Of a DNA stretch of 38,333 nucleotides, positions 1 to 9,645 are shown piece after piece. The notes below the pieces were generated by a model. It worked only from the letters and a program-made list of their open reading frames with translations. It had not been told where the DNA came from and did not search any database. How positions within the stretch are numbered: the stretch's first letter is position 1; each line of letters opens with the position of its first letter. The DNA lies in the NCBI GenBank assembly GCA_050737335.1, contig JBOHXA010000541.1:1-38333 (forward strand), written 5' to 3'. The position numbers and the translations under genes were made by a program. Source of the stretch: Limisphaerales bacterium (GTDB lineage Bacteria > Verrucomicrobiota > Verrucomicrobiia > Limisphaerales > UBA11358).

Positions 1-22
1 AAATCCCTGTATAGGCGATGGT

Positions 23-268
23 CTATTTCGATATGGGATTCAGAAAATGCTTGTCATGGTCACTCTCTAAAATCAGATGAGCATAACGCCCGTTCAACTC
101 ATCTTGGATTTCTTTGGATAAGTTTGGCATCGTGGCAACGTCATACTTTATGGGCTTCCGCTCCTGAATGAGTTTGAGAAAGCGCGCGCCACAATCAGGC
201 ATGTGAATGCTTGCTTCTTCAAAATCTCCGGTCGGAGCTGATTTAACAAGAATGGTAATGGTATTCAT
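23..268 (-). CDS. hypothetical small protein (81 aa), family not recognised
   Basis: Intact ORF MNTITILVKSAPTGDFEE... Visibly more AT-rich than its neighbours. Divergent from mutY across a 59-nt spacer. I can name no diagnostic motif. Confidence 0.4.
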   Translation of the reverse strand: MNTITILVKSAPTGDFEEASIHMPDCGARFLKLIQERKPIKYDVATMPNLSKEIQDELNGRYAHLILESDHDKHFLNPISK

Positions 269-327
269 GCAATCGGCAGGCAGAGTGCACTTGCCTCAAG
301 GCGGACGTCCGGTCTAAAGTCTGGCCG

Positions 328-1488
328 ATGAATCGGGCAAAAAAGGTTCAAATGATTGTTGCGGCCCTGCTGCCTTGGTATAGGGCCAATGCCAGGGACT
401 TGCCATGGAGGCGGACGCGCGATCCGTATGCGATTTGGGTTTCGGAAATCATGCTGCAACAGACGCAGGTGAAAACGGTCCTGCCCTTCTGGGAACGCTG
501 GATGCGCGAGTTTCCGACGATTGAATCGGCCGCGCGCGCGCGTTCGGAAAAAATCCATAAACTTTGGGAAGGCCTCGGTTACTACACCCGCGTCCGCAAT
601 CTGCAAAAGGCCGCGCGCGTGATTCAGCGGGAGCATAACGGCAAGTTCCCGAAACGGTTTGAAGATATTCTGGCCCTGCCGGGCATTGGCCGTTACACGG
701 CCGGCGCCATTGCCAGCATCGCTTTTAACCAGCCCGCCCCGATTTTGGACGGGAATGTCATGCGCGTTTTGACGCGCCTTTTCGGAATCACGAGCAACCC
801 GCATGAAAAGAAAACGAATCACCGGCTTTGGCGAATTGCTGAAGAACTGGTCCTTCATTCAAAGCAAACGTTTAAAAATTCCAGATCGCCGTGCTCGCGC
901 TTGAATCAATCGCTGATTGAACTGGGCGCGCTCGTCTGCGCGCCGCGAAATCCGCGATGCGGTCCGTGCCCGGTAAGAAGGCTGTGCATCGCGCGCAAGA
1001 CAAATCGGGTGAACGAATTGCCGAACCTGGGCAAACGCGAACAACCAACGGCGCGAACCTTTGCCGCCTTCCTCATCGAGCGCAACGGCCATTTTCTCGC
1101 CCGGCGGCGGCCAGCCGGCGTTGTGAACAGCCATTTATGGGAATTCCCCAATGTGGAAATTGTCAGCCAAAACCGGAACAGACCGGGAACGGCCAATGGA
1201 AAACATCGAAATAGCTTCGACCGTTACGCCATCGCGGCGAAGGGATTGGGCGTCGAGTTTTGCGATGCCAGGCCGCTATGCACCGTTAAACATTCCATCA
1301 CGCGATATCGGATGACTCTCGAAGCTTTCCGGGCGCAATTGAAAGAAGCGCCGGAAAATACTGACGCGGTTTGGGTGCCGCGGGCGCGGCTGGATTCCCT
1401 GCCCTTTACAAGCGCGCATCGCAAAGTTGCCAATCGGCTGCTGTCGCGCGTGGGTTTGGCTCAGCGATCTGGCATCGTCACTGATTGA
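328..1488 (+). CDS. mutY: A/G-specific adenine DNA glycosylase MutY
   Basis: N-terminus LLPWYRANARDLPWRRTRDPYAIWVSEIMLQQTQV. HhH motif LALPGIGRYTAGAIASIAF. 4Fe-4S loop C-APRNPR-C-GP-C-PVRRL-C. C-terminal NUDIX-like domain. Confidence 0.93.
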   Translation: MNRAKKVQMIVAALLPWYRANARDLPWRRTRDPYAIWVSEIMLQQTQVKTVLPFWERWMREFPTIESAARARSEKIHKLWEGLGYYTRVRNLQKAARVIQREHNGKFPKRFEDILALPGIGRYTAGAIASIAFNQPAPILDGNVMRVLTRLFGITSNPHEKKTNHRLWRIAEELVLHSKQTFKNSRSPCSRLNQSLIELGALVCAPRNPRCGPCPVRRLCIARKTNRVNELPNLGKREQPTARTFAAFLIERNGHFLARRRPAGVVNSHLWEFPNVEIVSQNRNRPGTANGKHRNSFDRYAIAAKGLGVEFCDARPLCTVKHSITRYRMTLEAFRAQLKEAPENTDAVWVPRARLDSLPFTSAHRKVANRLLSRVGLAQRSGIVTD

Positions 1489-2585
1489 CTTGCGTTGTTC
1501 GAGGAATTTGGAAGCTTGATTCCTCCAATTTTTTGCGCCTTTTCAATCCACGGCAGAAGTTCTTTTTTAAGATCAGGCTCCCGCCGAATGGCGTTTTGCC
1601 AATCGGCTATCGCCTGTGCGTAATCTTTTGCAATAAAATCAAGCATTCCCTGGTCGTGGAGGAAGGACGTGGAACCTGGTTTGAATAATTGGGTCGCCTT
1701 TTTGCAGTCTTCGACGGCACCCGAGAGGTCTCCCATCTTATATCGCGCCCATCCCCTTGTTCCGTATGCGTAGCCAAAATTGGGATCGAGTTGAATTGAA
1801 CGCGTTGCATCGGCAATCGAAGATCCAAAGTCACTTTTCAGGAATTCTGCCCAGCCGCGATCATTGTAATACACTGAATTTGTCGGGCTTAGATCAATCG
1901 CCTTGTCGAAATCCGAAAGGGCCCCATCCATGTTACCGTCCTTTTCCTTTACGATCGCTCGATGGAAGTAACCGAATGACGGGTCGTTGCCCAACTGGAT
2001 GCCGTGCGTCATGGATACAATCGCCTCATCGTAGTTTGAAAGCTCGCAATCCAGAATTCCCATTTCGTAAAACGCGTATGAATTTGTCGGTTTTAGCCGG
2101 GGCGCGTGCAGTTGCACGTAATCCGCAATGGCTGCCCCGACGTTTCCCTCGCCAATCTCGGTTAGCCCACGTTCAATAAATGCGTAACAATCATTCGAGT
2201 TTATCTCAATCGCCCGATTGCAATCTGAGATTGCTTTGTTGTATTGACATAATCCCCGCTCGGCCATCGCTCGATCGACGTACCCGGGAGAGAACTCCGG
2301 ATCCATTTTTATGACCCGGGTAAAGCACCTCATCGCCCCGCCCCAATCGTCCACTCTAAGAAATTTCCGGCCTTGTTCAAACGTAGTTTCAGTCCGGTTC
2401 TCGCTCACAATCCAGGACAACCATAGAATGCCGCCAAACAAGAGCAGGAAAAAGACGGCTGACCAAATTGAACTTCTTCCATTGGCCGTATTTGCGAAAC
2501 CGGATGTTTTCAATTTACAAGCTGTGATAGCGCTGAAGGGTCCAGTGAATTGAAGGCACGACAGCCATGAGATTACAGCCGGCAT
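1461..2585 (-). CDS. TPR-repeat protein with N-terminal membrane anchor
   Basis: TM helix IWSAVFFLLLFGGILWLSWIV followed by about 8 TPR-like 34-aa units (e.g. AMRCFTRVIKMDPEFSPGYVDRAMAERGL, AISDCNRAIEINSNDCYAFIERG). Start uncertain: ATG 2585 overlaps the CPBP gene by 71 nt. A TTG at 2513 sits 1 nt after the CPBP stop. Confidence 0.75.
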   Translation of the reverse strand: MPAVISWLSCLQFTGPFSAITACKLKTSGFANTANGRSSIWSAVFFLLLFGGILWLSWIVSENRTETTFEQGRKFLRVDDWGGAMRCFTRVIKMDPEFSPGYVDRAMAERGLCQYNKAISDCNRAIEINSNDCYAFIERGLTEIGEGNVGAAIADYVQLHAPRLKPTNSYAFYEMGILDCELSNYDEAIVSMTHGIQLGNDPSFGYFHRAIVKEKDGNMDGALSDFDKAIDLSPTNSVYYNDRGWAEFLKSDFGSSIADATRSIQLDPNFGYAYGTRGWARYKMGDLSGAVEDCKKATQLFKPGSTSFLHDQGMLDFIAKDYAQAIADWQNAIRREPDLKKELLPWIEKAQKIGGIKLPNSSNNASQSVTMPDR

Positions 2586-3285
2586 GAGCCGCTATCGCCG
2601 GGCCAATTGCGTTCCACTTTAAACGACACCACAAAAATGCAAGTGCCGCCACAATAAATGGGACAATTTCAAACGGAGCCTCAATGTAATACGGGAAGTG
2701 GAATGCAACAAATATGGCGGTCGTGATTGTCGCCGCGGAAAGCGGTCCCAGTGATCTTCTGCACCCGCCATAAAGAACGCTTCTGAACATCATCTCTTCT
2801 GAAACTGGCGCCAGAAAGACAATCGCCGCGACCGCAGCCAGTTGCTGAACTCCGGGGCTGATGAGCCAATTGTTCAACGGCTCGATCTTCTGAAGCGTAT
2901 GTATCGGATAAGGATTATACATCCTATCCAGTAATAAAGATCCAAGACCGAGAAACGAACCGATGACCAGGCCTTTCAAAACGCCATCCAACGGACCGGC
3001 AGACCAAGCGAGACCTGCCGGCCCCATACTCTTTAATTCTTTCGGTATCAGAAAACGGACCATGGCAACCGTTACGGCGATGCCAATTATCGGGAAGAGG
3101 CACTCCCCCAGAGGCTCCAGCTTTGCGCCGCCAATCGCCTGAAGCAGGGCGGCAAGCAGAACTTGCGCGATAACGCTCGTCAAGAAGATCATCGTAGCCG
3201 ATGACCCATTCAACGTCTTCTCGCATTTGATTTCTCCTTCTGCTGTTTCCATTACGGCGCCCATGATGGCAACGGCGGAAGCCAC
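2515..3285 (-). CDS. CPBP (CAAX/Abi) family intramembrane glutamic protease
   Basis: Multi-pass hydrophobic protein carrying the three CPBP motifs: SEEMMFR (EExxxR), FVAFH (FxxxH) and HAGCN (HxxxN). Confidence 0.85.
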   Translation of the reverse strand: MASAVAIMGAVMETAEGEIKCEKTLNGSSATMIFLTSVIAQVLLAALLQAIGGAKLEPLGECLFPIIGIAVTVAMVRFLIPKELKSMGPAGLAWSAGPLDGVLKGLVIGSFLGLGSLLLDRMYNPYPIHTLQKIEPLNNWLISPGVQQLAAVAAIVFLAPVSEEMMFRSVLYGGCRRSLGPLSAATITTAIFVAFHFPYYIEAPFEIVPFIVAALAFLWCRLKWNAIGPAIAAHAGCNLMAVVPSIHWTLQRYHSL

Positions 3286-3536
3286 TGATTCGGCGGTTGC
3301 GGATTAGGGTCTTTTTCTGGCGGTACGAGAGGGGGATTGTTCTGTGAGCATGGAGAGCAACCCTCTTGAGGCGGAGGAGGAAGAAGCGGCAACGGCCCCG
3401 GGTTTGGCTGCGGCCAATTGCTCGAAATGGAGTGGAATCCCCGCTCCGGGTACCCAGGTTCAGCCCGTGAGATAAATCCCTTGTCCAGCGATGATCTCAT
3501 GGACGGAGTCGTACCATAACTGAACCGCTCATGCAA
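3252..3536 (-). CDS. possible proline-rich small protein (94 aa), uncertain
   Basis: The only ORF in the 365-nt gap between the GH2 stop and the CPBP start. It overlaps the CPBP start by 34 nt in another frame. Low-complexity sequence PLPLLPPPPQEG...PPLVPPEKDPNPQPP. No motif. Confidence 0.25.
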   Translation of the reverse strand: MHERFSYGTTPSMRSSLDKGFISRAEPGYPERGFHSISSNWPQPNPGPLPLLPPPPQEGCSPCSQNNPPLVPPEKDPNPQPPNQWLPPLPSWAP

Positions 3537-3650
3537 GGGTGGGTTGGTTTCTCACCTCTCGGGGCCCGACTGCCAGTTCTCATGTTATCTACGGAGTTCA
3601 ATTCATGGCCGACCGATTCAAGTATCAACGATTGCGATCTCCCTTTTCGG

Positions 3651-6266
3651 CTAGCGAACGTCAATCTTCACCCGTCCCGATCTGAGGCCCGGCGAACTGG
3701 CTTCCAGGGTAATGCCGCCGGGCTGGGCGCCGCGGACGATTGCCAGGGCCAGGCCGTGAAACGCCTTGCGGTCTGGAGAGGGAAACGAAGTCAAATCGGT
3801 CGCGTCGCCGTTATCGGTAGCGACGATCTTTCCCGGACCCGAAAGCCGAAAGTGAATGAGATTGTCGGCCTGGGGCACTACCAGGCCATGTTTGTCTTCC
3901 ACCATGAGGGTTACAAAGGACAACCGCCGGCCATTGGCGTCTATGGTCCGATTTTCGGCGCTGAGCACGAGTTTGGCTGCCGGGCCGGTGGTTCGCACAA
4001 TATCAGTGGCCCATCGCCGGCCCCTCTTATACGCAACGACTTTGAGTTCACCGGGTTTATATGTGACGTCGTTCCACTTAAGGCGATATTCAAACGGGCC
4101 TTTGGTTCGCCGTCCGAGGGAACGGCCATTGAGAAACAATTCGGCTTCATCACCGGAGGTATAAACATAGACCGGAGTGATTTGGCCTTTGCGCCCGGGC
4201 CAGTTCCAGCACTGAGGCACGATATGTGCCATGGGGAAATCAGGGCGCCAGCGGGATTGGTACAGGTAGAAGCGGTCTTTCTTAAATCCGGCCAAATCCA
4301 CGATGCCAAAATAGGAACTGCGGGACGGAGCATTGGATTCGTAGAAAGGGGTTGGCTCGCCCAGATAGTCAAAGCCGGTCCAGACGAATTGGCCGGCGAC
4401 GAAGGGATTGGCGTCCTGACCGGCAAACTCGGCATCCGGAGTAGTCGCCCAGCGCGGAGCCGAGAGGTCATAGGAACTTACCTGGAAATCCCGTTCGCCA
4501 TCGTCCTGGTTTGTGTTGACAGGATAGAAGTATTCTCCGCGCGAACTGATGGTCGAGGCGGTCTCACTGCCGAAAATCGGCAGGCCGGGATTGGCCTGAT
4601 GCACGGCCGCATATTTGAAGGGTTTGTAATTGTATCCGAAAACGTCCAGGTTCGTTTGAAATCCGTCGAAGCCGGACTCTATACGGTCGCAGGCGGCGGT
4701 CGTGGGGCGGGTTGGATCCTCCTCGTGCGCAATGCGGGTCAATTCAGCGGCGATGCGCGGTCCGCGCGACGTGCCCTGGTCGGGCACTTCGTTGCCGATG
4801 CTCCAAAGGATGATGCAGGGATGATTGCGGTCGCGCCGCAACTCGGCGCGCCAGTCTCTTTCATGCCAATCCTTGAAGAGCAGATGGTAATCGTTGGGCC
4901 GTTTGCCCTTTCTCCAACAATCGAATGATTCGTCCATGACGAGCATTCCCATCCGGTCGCACAAATCCAAAAGTTCCGGCGCCGGCGGGTTATGGGCGGT
5001 TCGGATGGCGTTGCAGCCCATGTCTTTGAGGATTTCGATCTGGCGCTGCAACGCTGAAGCGTTCACGGCTGTGCCGAGCGCCCCAAGGTCTGAATGATCG
5101 CAAACTCCGTTGATGTGAACGTGCCTGCCATTCAGGAAAAATCCCTTGTCCGCGTCGAAGCGGATCGTTCGAATGCCAAAGGGCGTTTGATACGTATCCA
5201 TGCGGCGTCCGTCCTGTTCAATGCTCGTTACGACAACGTACCGTTGCGGATGGTCGAGGGACCACAAGTCCGGCTCGTCAACGCGCAGTTGACTCTCGAA
5301 TGCGCCCGACTGCCGCGCCGCGACCATTAAATTGTCCGACGTGATTGAAGCAACCCGGCCGCCAATTTCTCCGTTTGCTTTCAATTCGTAGATCACATTT
5401 TTTGCGGAGAGGAGAGCATCGGAACGACTGTCATTGTCCACGGTGAAACGCACGTTCATCGTCGCGGCATCGGATTTGACTTCGGGCGTGGTGACGTAGG
5501 TTCCCCAATGGGCAATGTGTATGGGCGCGGTTTTTACGAGCCAAACATTGCGATAGATGCCGCCGCCCGGATACCAGCGCGACGATTTTTTGGGATTGTC
5601 CAGGCGAATGGCCATGACATTCGGGCCGCCGAAATTGATATACGGCGTCAGATCCAGTTCCCACGAAGCGTAGCCGTAAGGCCAGCCACCCACATAATGG
5701 CCGTTGAGCCAGACGTTGGCGTAAGACATCGCGCCGTCCACGTCCAAATAAATGCGCCGGCCCTGGTCCGAGATGGGCATGTCAAAATGTTTTCGATACC
5801 AGCCCACGCCATACCAAGGCAGTTTTCCCGTCTCACCCGGATATTTGATGTTGAACGGGCCTTCAATCCCCCAATCATGAGGAAGGGTTACCGAACGCCA
5901 GGCCGAGTCGCGAAAATTGATCTGCACGTAGGCCACGTCGGCGCCCAGGTTATTTCCCGGGCGGGCAACGGGGTTGCCATCCTTCACAAAGGCGTTGGCC
6001 GTGGAGAGGACCCAGGATTTAATGTTCGTATAGCTCAATTCATCACCGATGCCCGGGGGATCGTTTTTGGTGAAGAGCCAGTCCGAGTCAAAAGACAAAC
6101 GCTCGCGGTTGGGTGGCGCCGCGACCGCAACGGAACAGGGTAATGTTGTCATTAAAGTGAGGGCCATAAAGGCCGCACACCGTGAAACATTTCTCCAAGA
6201 ACCGTTCGTGCGTTGACGTTGGGGACCTTCGTGTGATCCGGGATGCGTCTTGTTGCTAGCCCTCAT
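3651..6266 (-). CDS. secreted glycoside hydrolase family 2 (beta-galactosidase-like)
   Basis: GH2 acid/base region NHPCIILWSIGNE. Sugar-binding N-domain (SFDSDWLF, WRSVTLPHDW). TIM-barrel segment RTAHNPPAPELLDLCDRMGMLVMDE. C-terminal Ig-like/DUF4982-like region. Hydrophobic signal segment MALTLMTTLPCSVAVAAP. ATG 6266 preferred over the TTG at 6278. Confidence 0.9.
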   Translation of the reverse strand: MRASNKTHPGSHEGPQRQRTNGSWRNVSRCAAFMALTLMTTLPCSVAVAAPPNRERLSFDSDWLFTKNDPPGIGDELSYTNIKSWVLSTANAFVKDGNPVARPGNNLGADVAYVQINFRDSAWRSVTLPHDWGIEGPFNIKYPGETGKLPWYGVGWYRKHFDMPISDQGRRIYLDVDGAMSYANVWLNGHYVGGWPYGYASWELDLTPYINFGGPNVMAIRLDNPKKSSRWYPGGGIYRNVWLVKTAPIHIAHWGTYVTTPEVKSDAATMNVRFTVDNDSRSDALLSAKNVIYELKANGEIGGRVASITSDNLMVAARQSGAFESQLRVDEPDLWSLDHPQRYVVVTSIEQDGRRMDTYQTPFGIRTIRFDADKGFFLNGRHVHINGVCDHSDLGALGTAVNASALQRQIEILKDMGCNAIRTAHNPPAPELLDLCDRMGMLVMDESFDCWRKGKRPNDYHLLFKDWHERDWRAELRRDRNHPCIILWSIGNEVPDQGTSRGPRIAAELTRIAHEEDPTRPTTAACDRIESGFDGFQTNLDVFGYNYKPFKYAAVHQANPGLPIFGSETASTISSRGEYFYPVNTNQDDGERDFQVSSYDLSAPRWATTPDAEFAGQDANPFVAGQFVWTGFDYLGEPTPFYESNAPSRSSYFGIVDLAGFKKDRFYLYQSRWRPDFPMAHIVPQCWNWPGRKGQITPVYVYTSGDEAELFLNGRSLGRRTKGPFEYRLKWNDVTYKPGELKVVAYKRGRRWATDIVRTTGPAAKLVLSAENRTIDANGRRLSFVTLMVEDKHGLVVPQADNLIHFRLSGPGKIVATDNGDATDLTSFPSPDRKAFHGLALAIVRGAQPGGITLEASSPGLRSGRVKIDVR

Positions 6267-6426
6267 AATATGATTCAAAGATTACCGGCGCTTTATAGCA
6301 TGACGGTGACTGTGAACCAAACGCATTCTTTTGCCGAGATTTTTCTTCCCTCACAAATGTGTGGTTTTGGAGCGGGAAGCGAGATTTCAGGTGTCACGTT
6401 CAGAGGGGCTGTATAACATTGCAAGC

Positions 6427-9400
6427 ATGAGCCTGCGGTTCGTTTTTTCACTCCGCTGCGGCTTCGCAGCCGGTCTGATGATTTTTCCCCTCATCCGCGC
6501 CGGGGGCAAAACGCTTGCGTTGCCCTTGCCGGTGACAAATGTTGTCCAGGTATCCAGGTTCAGTTCCCAAAACGCCGACACAGCCTATTCCATCCATTTA
6601 GAGGGAACCGTTTTATGGGCGAATTCGGCGGAGGGAAAATTTGTATTGCAAGACGCTTCCGGCGCGGAAGAATTGCAAATGAATTTGCGCGGCCGCGTTC
6701 TTCAGCCGGGGCAACTCATACTCGTGAGCGGTGACACCACTATAACGACGCGGGCAGGGGGATTTCAATTGGGTGTCATAGGCCCGGTTGTGGACGACGA
6801 CGGCATACATACCAACACCGAAAAATCCGGTTCGGCATACCTTCATGCCGGATGCCATCCCCTTAGCCTCGACTGGTTCAATGGTCCCGAAAAGTACGGG
6901 TTAAAAGTCGAGTATCAAGGGCCGGGGCTGGCGCGCCAAAAAATTCCCGATAGCGCGCTTTTTCGCGAGAAGGCCAATGCCGCAACCGTTCATGGTTTTG
7001 CGTCAGGATTGAACTATGCCTGTTATCGGGTGGACGGAGAAGTCCTGCCGGATTTCAGCCAATTACGCGCTGTGAAAGCCGGCACGGTTTCGAATTTTGA
7101 CCTCAGCGTTATGGTCCAACCGGAACATATAGGGTTGGGATTTACCGGTTATCTCGATGTCCCGCGCGATGGACTTTATACGTTTTACCTGACGTCCGAC
7201 GACGGCAGCCGGCTATTCATTGACGAATCGTGTCCGGTTATTGAGGTGATTGGCGCGAGAAATTTGGCTGAACCCAAATTCATGGATATCGGCCAGGTCC
7301 TGAATCCGAGCCCCGGCCTCGACCAGACTCGCGCGCGCCTGTCCGGCTATGGCGCGACGCCTCAGTTCCAACAAGAGGATTATCAACGCGTGGAAGTTCA
7401 GGGCATGGTAACCTTTGCCAGCCAGCGCGGGAACGCCTGGGAACTTGAATTGACTTCCGAAACGGGGCGTTTGCGATTGGAATTCGATCAGAATCCTGGA
7501 TTTTCAGGGGCGGGTCTATTGAACAATTGGGTGGACGTCGTTGGTCTATGTCAAAACGCCTATGATGCCGGGGGTGAAAAGGTGGGCGGGGTTCTTTTGG
7601 TTTCCGGCCCTGACTCCATTCGAATCCTGAAATCATCCCGATCGGCGATTAGCGAAAGCGGAAGGGCCGTGCTTCCGGTTTTAACGACGGCCGGCCAGGT
7701 CCACCAACTGAGCCGCGACGAGGCACAACGCGGGTATCCCGTGAAAATTCATGGCGTGGTTACCTGTGTGTTGCCGGAGCGGCAGGCTTTTACCGTCCAG
7801 GACAGCACCCGGGGAATTTATGTGGTGGACTCTTCCGAGAGCCGTTCAGTGGTTCCGACCATTGGCGAATATCTGGAAATCGAGGGCAAGTCAGATCCGA
7901 GCCTTTTCGCGCCCATTATAGATGCCCGTCGCGTGAGGGACCTCGGCGCCGGGTGCCTGCCACAGCCCGTGCAACCGACCTGGGATCGGCTGATGAACGG
8001 CAGTTTGGATGCGCAATATGTCGAATTGCAGGGTGTCATCACGACCATTGATACAAACGGCGTCACGCTTTTTACGGGTTATGGGCGCCTGCGCGTGGAC
8101 CTTAGAGTGGCTGGGATGAAACCCGCCCAGTTGGAACGTTACGAGGACGCAGTCATTCGGATCAGGGGCTGTTTATTTGCCTCCTGGGATTACGTGACAC
8201 ACATGGTAAAAGTGGGTGACGTGCGTCTTTACGGCGCGGCGATTTCTGTGGATCAACCCGCGCCGCTCGATATGTTTTCGTTGCCTCTGAAGAGGGTTTC
8301 AGACTTGCTGGAATTCAACCCGCGCGCCAGCGTCTTCGAACGTGTGAAGGTTGCGGGAATCATCATATACGCGCGACCGCCTCAATACTACCTCATTGAC
8401 GGGCAGAACGGTTTGCAATTCGTTTTGAAAAAGCCGTCGCCGAAGCTGCGTGAAGGCGAGAAGGTGGAGATCGTCGGTTTTCCCGGCTTGAGCGGCCTCT
8501 CCCCGCTGTTGCAGGAAGCGGTGGCGCGCAAAACAGGGGCCGCGCCGCTTCCAACGGCGAAGAAACTGGATGGTGAAAACCTAATCAACGGGGACTATGA
8601 CGCGACCCGGGTGCAAATTGAAGGAATCCTGGACAGTATCAGGCAGACGTCTGCGGGAGAAGCCTTGGAAATGTCCACCGCCAGCCACAATTTTACGGCG
8701 CTGCTCAATGGCAGGGACAATTTCGCACATTCACCGGCGCCCGGCAGCCGACTGGCGTTGGAGGGCGTCTATGTTGGCGAAGGAGGAAACCGCGCGTTGG
8801 GACAGGACATTACTTCTTTTGAATTGTTATTGGCGTCGCCCGCGGATATCAAGATCCTTGCGTCGCCGCCTTGGTGGACGTCGAAACGTTTATTGGTCAT
8901 TACCAGCGGACTGGCGTGCGTGCTGGCGGCGGCGTTTTTATGGATCACTCTCCTGCATAAACAGGTGGACCAGCGAACCGCTGAACTGGCTGTCCAAATC
9001 CGGCAACGCGAAAACGTGGAGCATCAGCGGGCGATGGAACAGGAGCGAACGCGCATCGCCCAGGATTTGCACGACGAACTTGGATCGGGCATCACCGAAA
9101 TCAGCATGCTGGTCTCGCGGACAAAGCTTAGCGGCGCACCCGAGGAAAAACGGCATCAGTACCTCGATCTGGTCCGTGAAAAAGCCCGTGAACTGGTTAC
9201 CGTTTTGGATGAAATTGTCTGGGCCATGAATCCCAGGCATGATTCACTTGCGTCTCTGGTCAGTTATTTTAGCATTTACGCGGACCGCTTTTTAGGCCTG
9301 GCAAATATTGCCTGGCAGCTCGAAAATTCCTCCGGCACGGCCAATCCGATGGTCCAATCCCAATGCCGGCACCAGTTGTTTTTGGCATTCAAGGAAGCCC

Positions 9401-9645
9401 TGACCAATGTCGTGCGCCACGCGGGGGCATCTCAGGTGCTGCTGCACGTTGGCGCGCAAAATGGAGATTTATGGCTGTCGGTAACTGACAACGGCCGCGG
9501 ATTTTCAATGCCGGTCCCGAGTGAAGCGATGGATGGCGTGGCGAACATGCGCGCTCGCATTGAGAAATTGGGGGGCCGGTTCGAGATCACAGGCGGTCCC
9601 GGCCGCGGAACAACCGTCCGCTTTTGCGTGCCTCTTCATTCATGA
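6427..9645 (+). CDS. sensor histidine kinase (HisKA_3/NarX-type) with about 800-aa ectodomain containing PA14 and repeated OB-like modules
   Basis: Signal/TM segment MSLRFVFSLRCGFAAGLMIFPLI. PA14/GLEYA-like block GLNYACYRVDGEVLPDFSQL...GYLDVPRDGLYTFYLTSDDGSRLFID. TM helix LLVITSGLACVLAAAFLWITLL. H-box RIAQDLHDELGSGITEI. ATPase boxes DNGRGF and GGRFEITGGPGRGTTV. ATG 6427 preferred over the upstream TTG at 6331. Confidence 0.9.
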   Translation: MSLRFVFSLRCGFAAGLMIFPLIRAGGKTLALPLPVTNVVQVSRFSSQNADTAYSIHLEGTVLWANSAEGKFVLQDASGAEELQMNLRGRVLQPGQLILVSGDTTITTRAGGFQLGVIGPVVDDDGIHTNTEKSGSAYLHAGCHPLSLDWFNGPEKYGLKVEYQGPGLARQKIPDSALFREKANAATVHGFASGLNYACYRVDGEVLPDFSQLRAVKAGTVSNFDLSVMVQPEHIGLGFTGYLDVPRDGLYTFYLTSDDGSRLFIDESCPVIEVIGARNLAEPKFMDIGQVLNPSPGLDQTRARLSGYGATPQFQQEDYQRVEVQGMVTFASQRGNAWELELTSETGRLRLEFDQNPGFSGAGLLNNWVDVVGLCQNAYDAGGEKVGGVLLVSGPDSIRILKSSRSAISESGRAVLPVLTTAGQVHQLSRDEAQRGYPVKIHGVVTCVLPERQAFTVQDSTRGIYVVDSSESRSVVPTIGEYLEIEGKSDPSLFAPIIDARRVRDLGAGCLPQPVQPTWDRLMNGSLDAQYVELQGVITTIDTNGVTLFTGYGRLRVDLRVAGMKPAQLERYEDAVIRIRGCLFASWDYVTHMVKVGDVRLYGAAISVDQPAPLDMFSLPLKRVSDLLEFNPRASVFERVKVAGIIIYARPPQYYLIDGQNGLQFVLKKPSPKLREGEKVEIVGFPGLSGLSPLLQEAVARKTGAAPLPTAKKLDGENLINGDYDATRVQIEGILDSIRQTSAGEALEMSTASHNFTALLNGRDNFAHSPAPGSRLALEGVYVGEGGNRALGQDITSFELLLASPADIKILASPPWWTSKRLLVITSGLACVLAAAFLWITLLHKQVDQRTAELAVQIRQRENVEHQRAMEQERTRIAQDLHDELGSGITEISMLVSRTKLSGAPEEKRHQYLDLVREKARELVTVLDEIVWAMNPRHDSLASLVSYFSIYADRFLGLANIAWQLENSSGTANPMVQSQCRHQLFLAFKEALTNVVRHAGASQVLLHVGAQNGDLWLSVTDNGRGFSMPVPSEAMDGVANMRARIEKLGGRFEITGGPGRGTTVRFCVPLHS

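Noticed and set aside
531-542. (CG)6 dinucleotide run inside mutY as a possible slippage or phase-variation site.
   Set aside because: There are only six units, and they encode an unremarkable AARAR segment. Such runs arise by chance in GC-rich coding DNA.
265-858. 197-aa minus-strand ORF.
   Set aside because: Antisense to mutY, Arg-rich, no motif.
3531-4928. 465-aa plus-strand ORF, together with the other ORFs at 3856-4164, 3941-4471 and 5508-6143.
   Set aside because: They lie entirely within the GH2 gene, on the opposite strand or in alternative frames. They are Gly/Arg/Ala-rich with no motifs. These are typical shadow ORFs of a GC-rich coding region.
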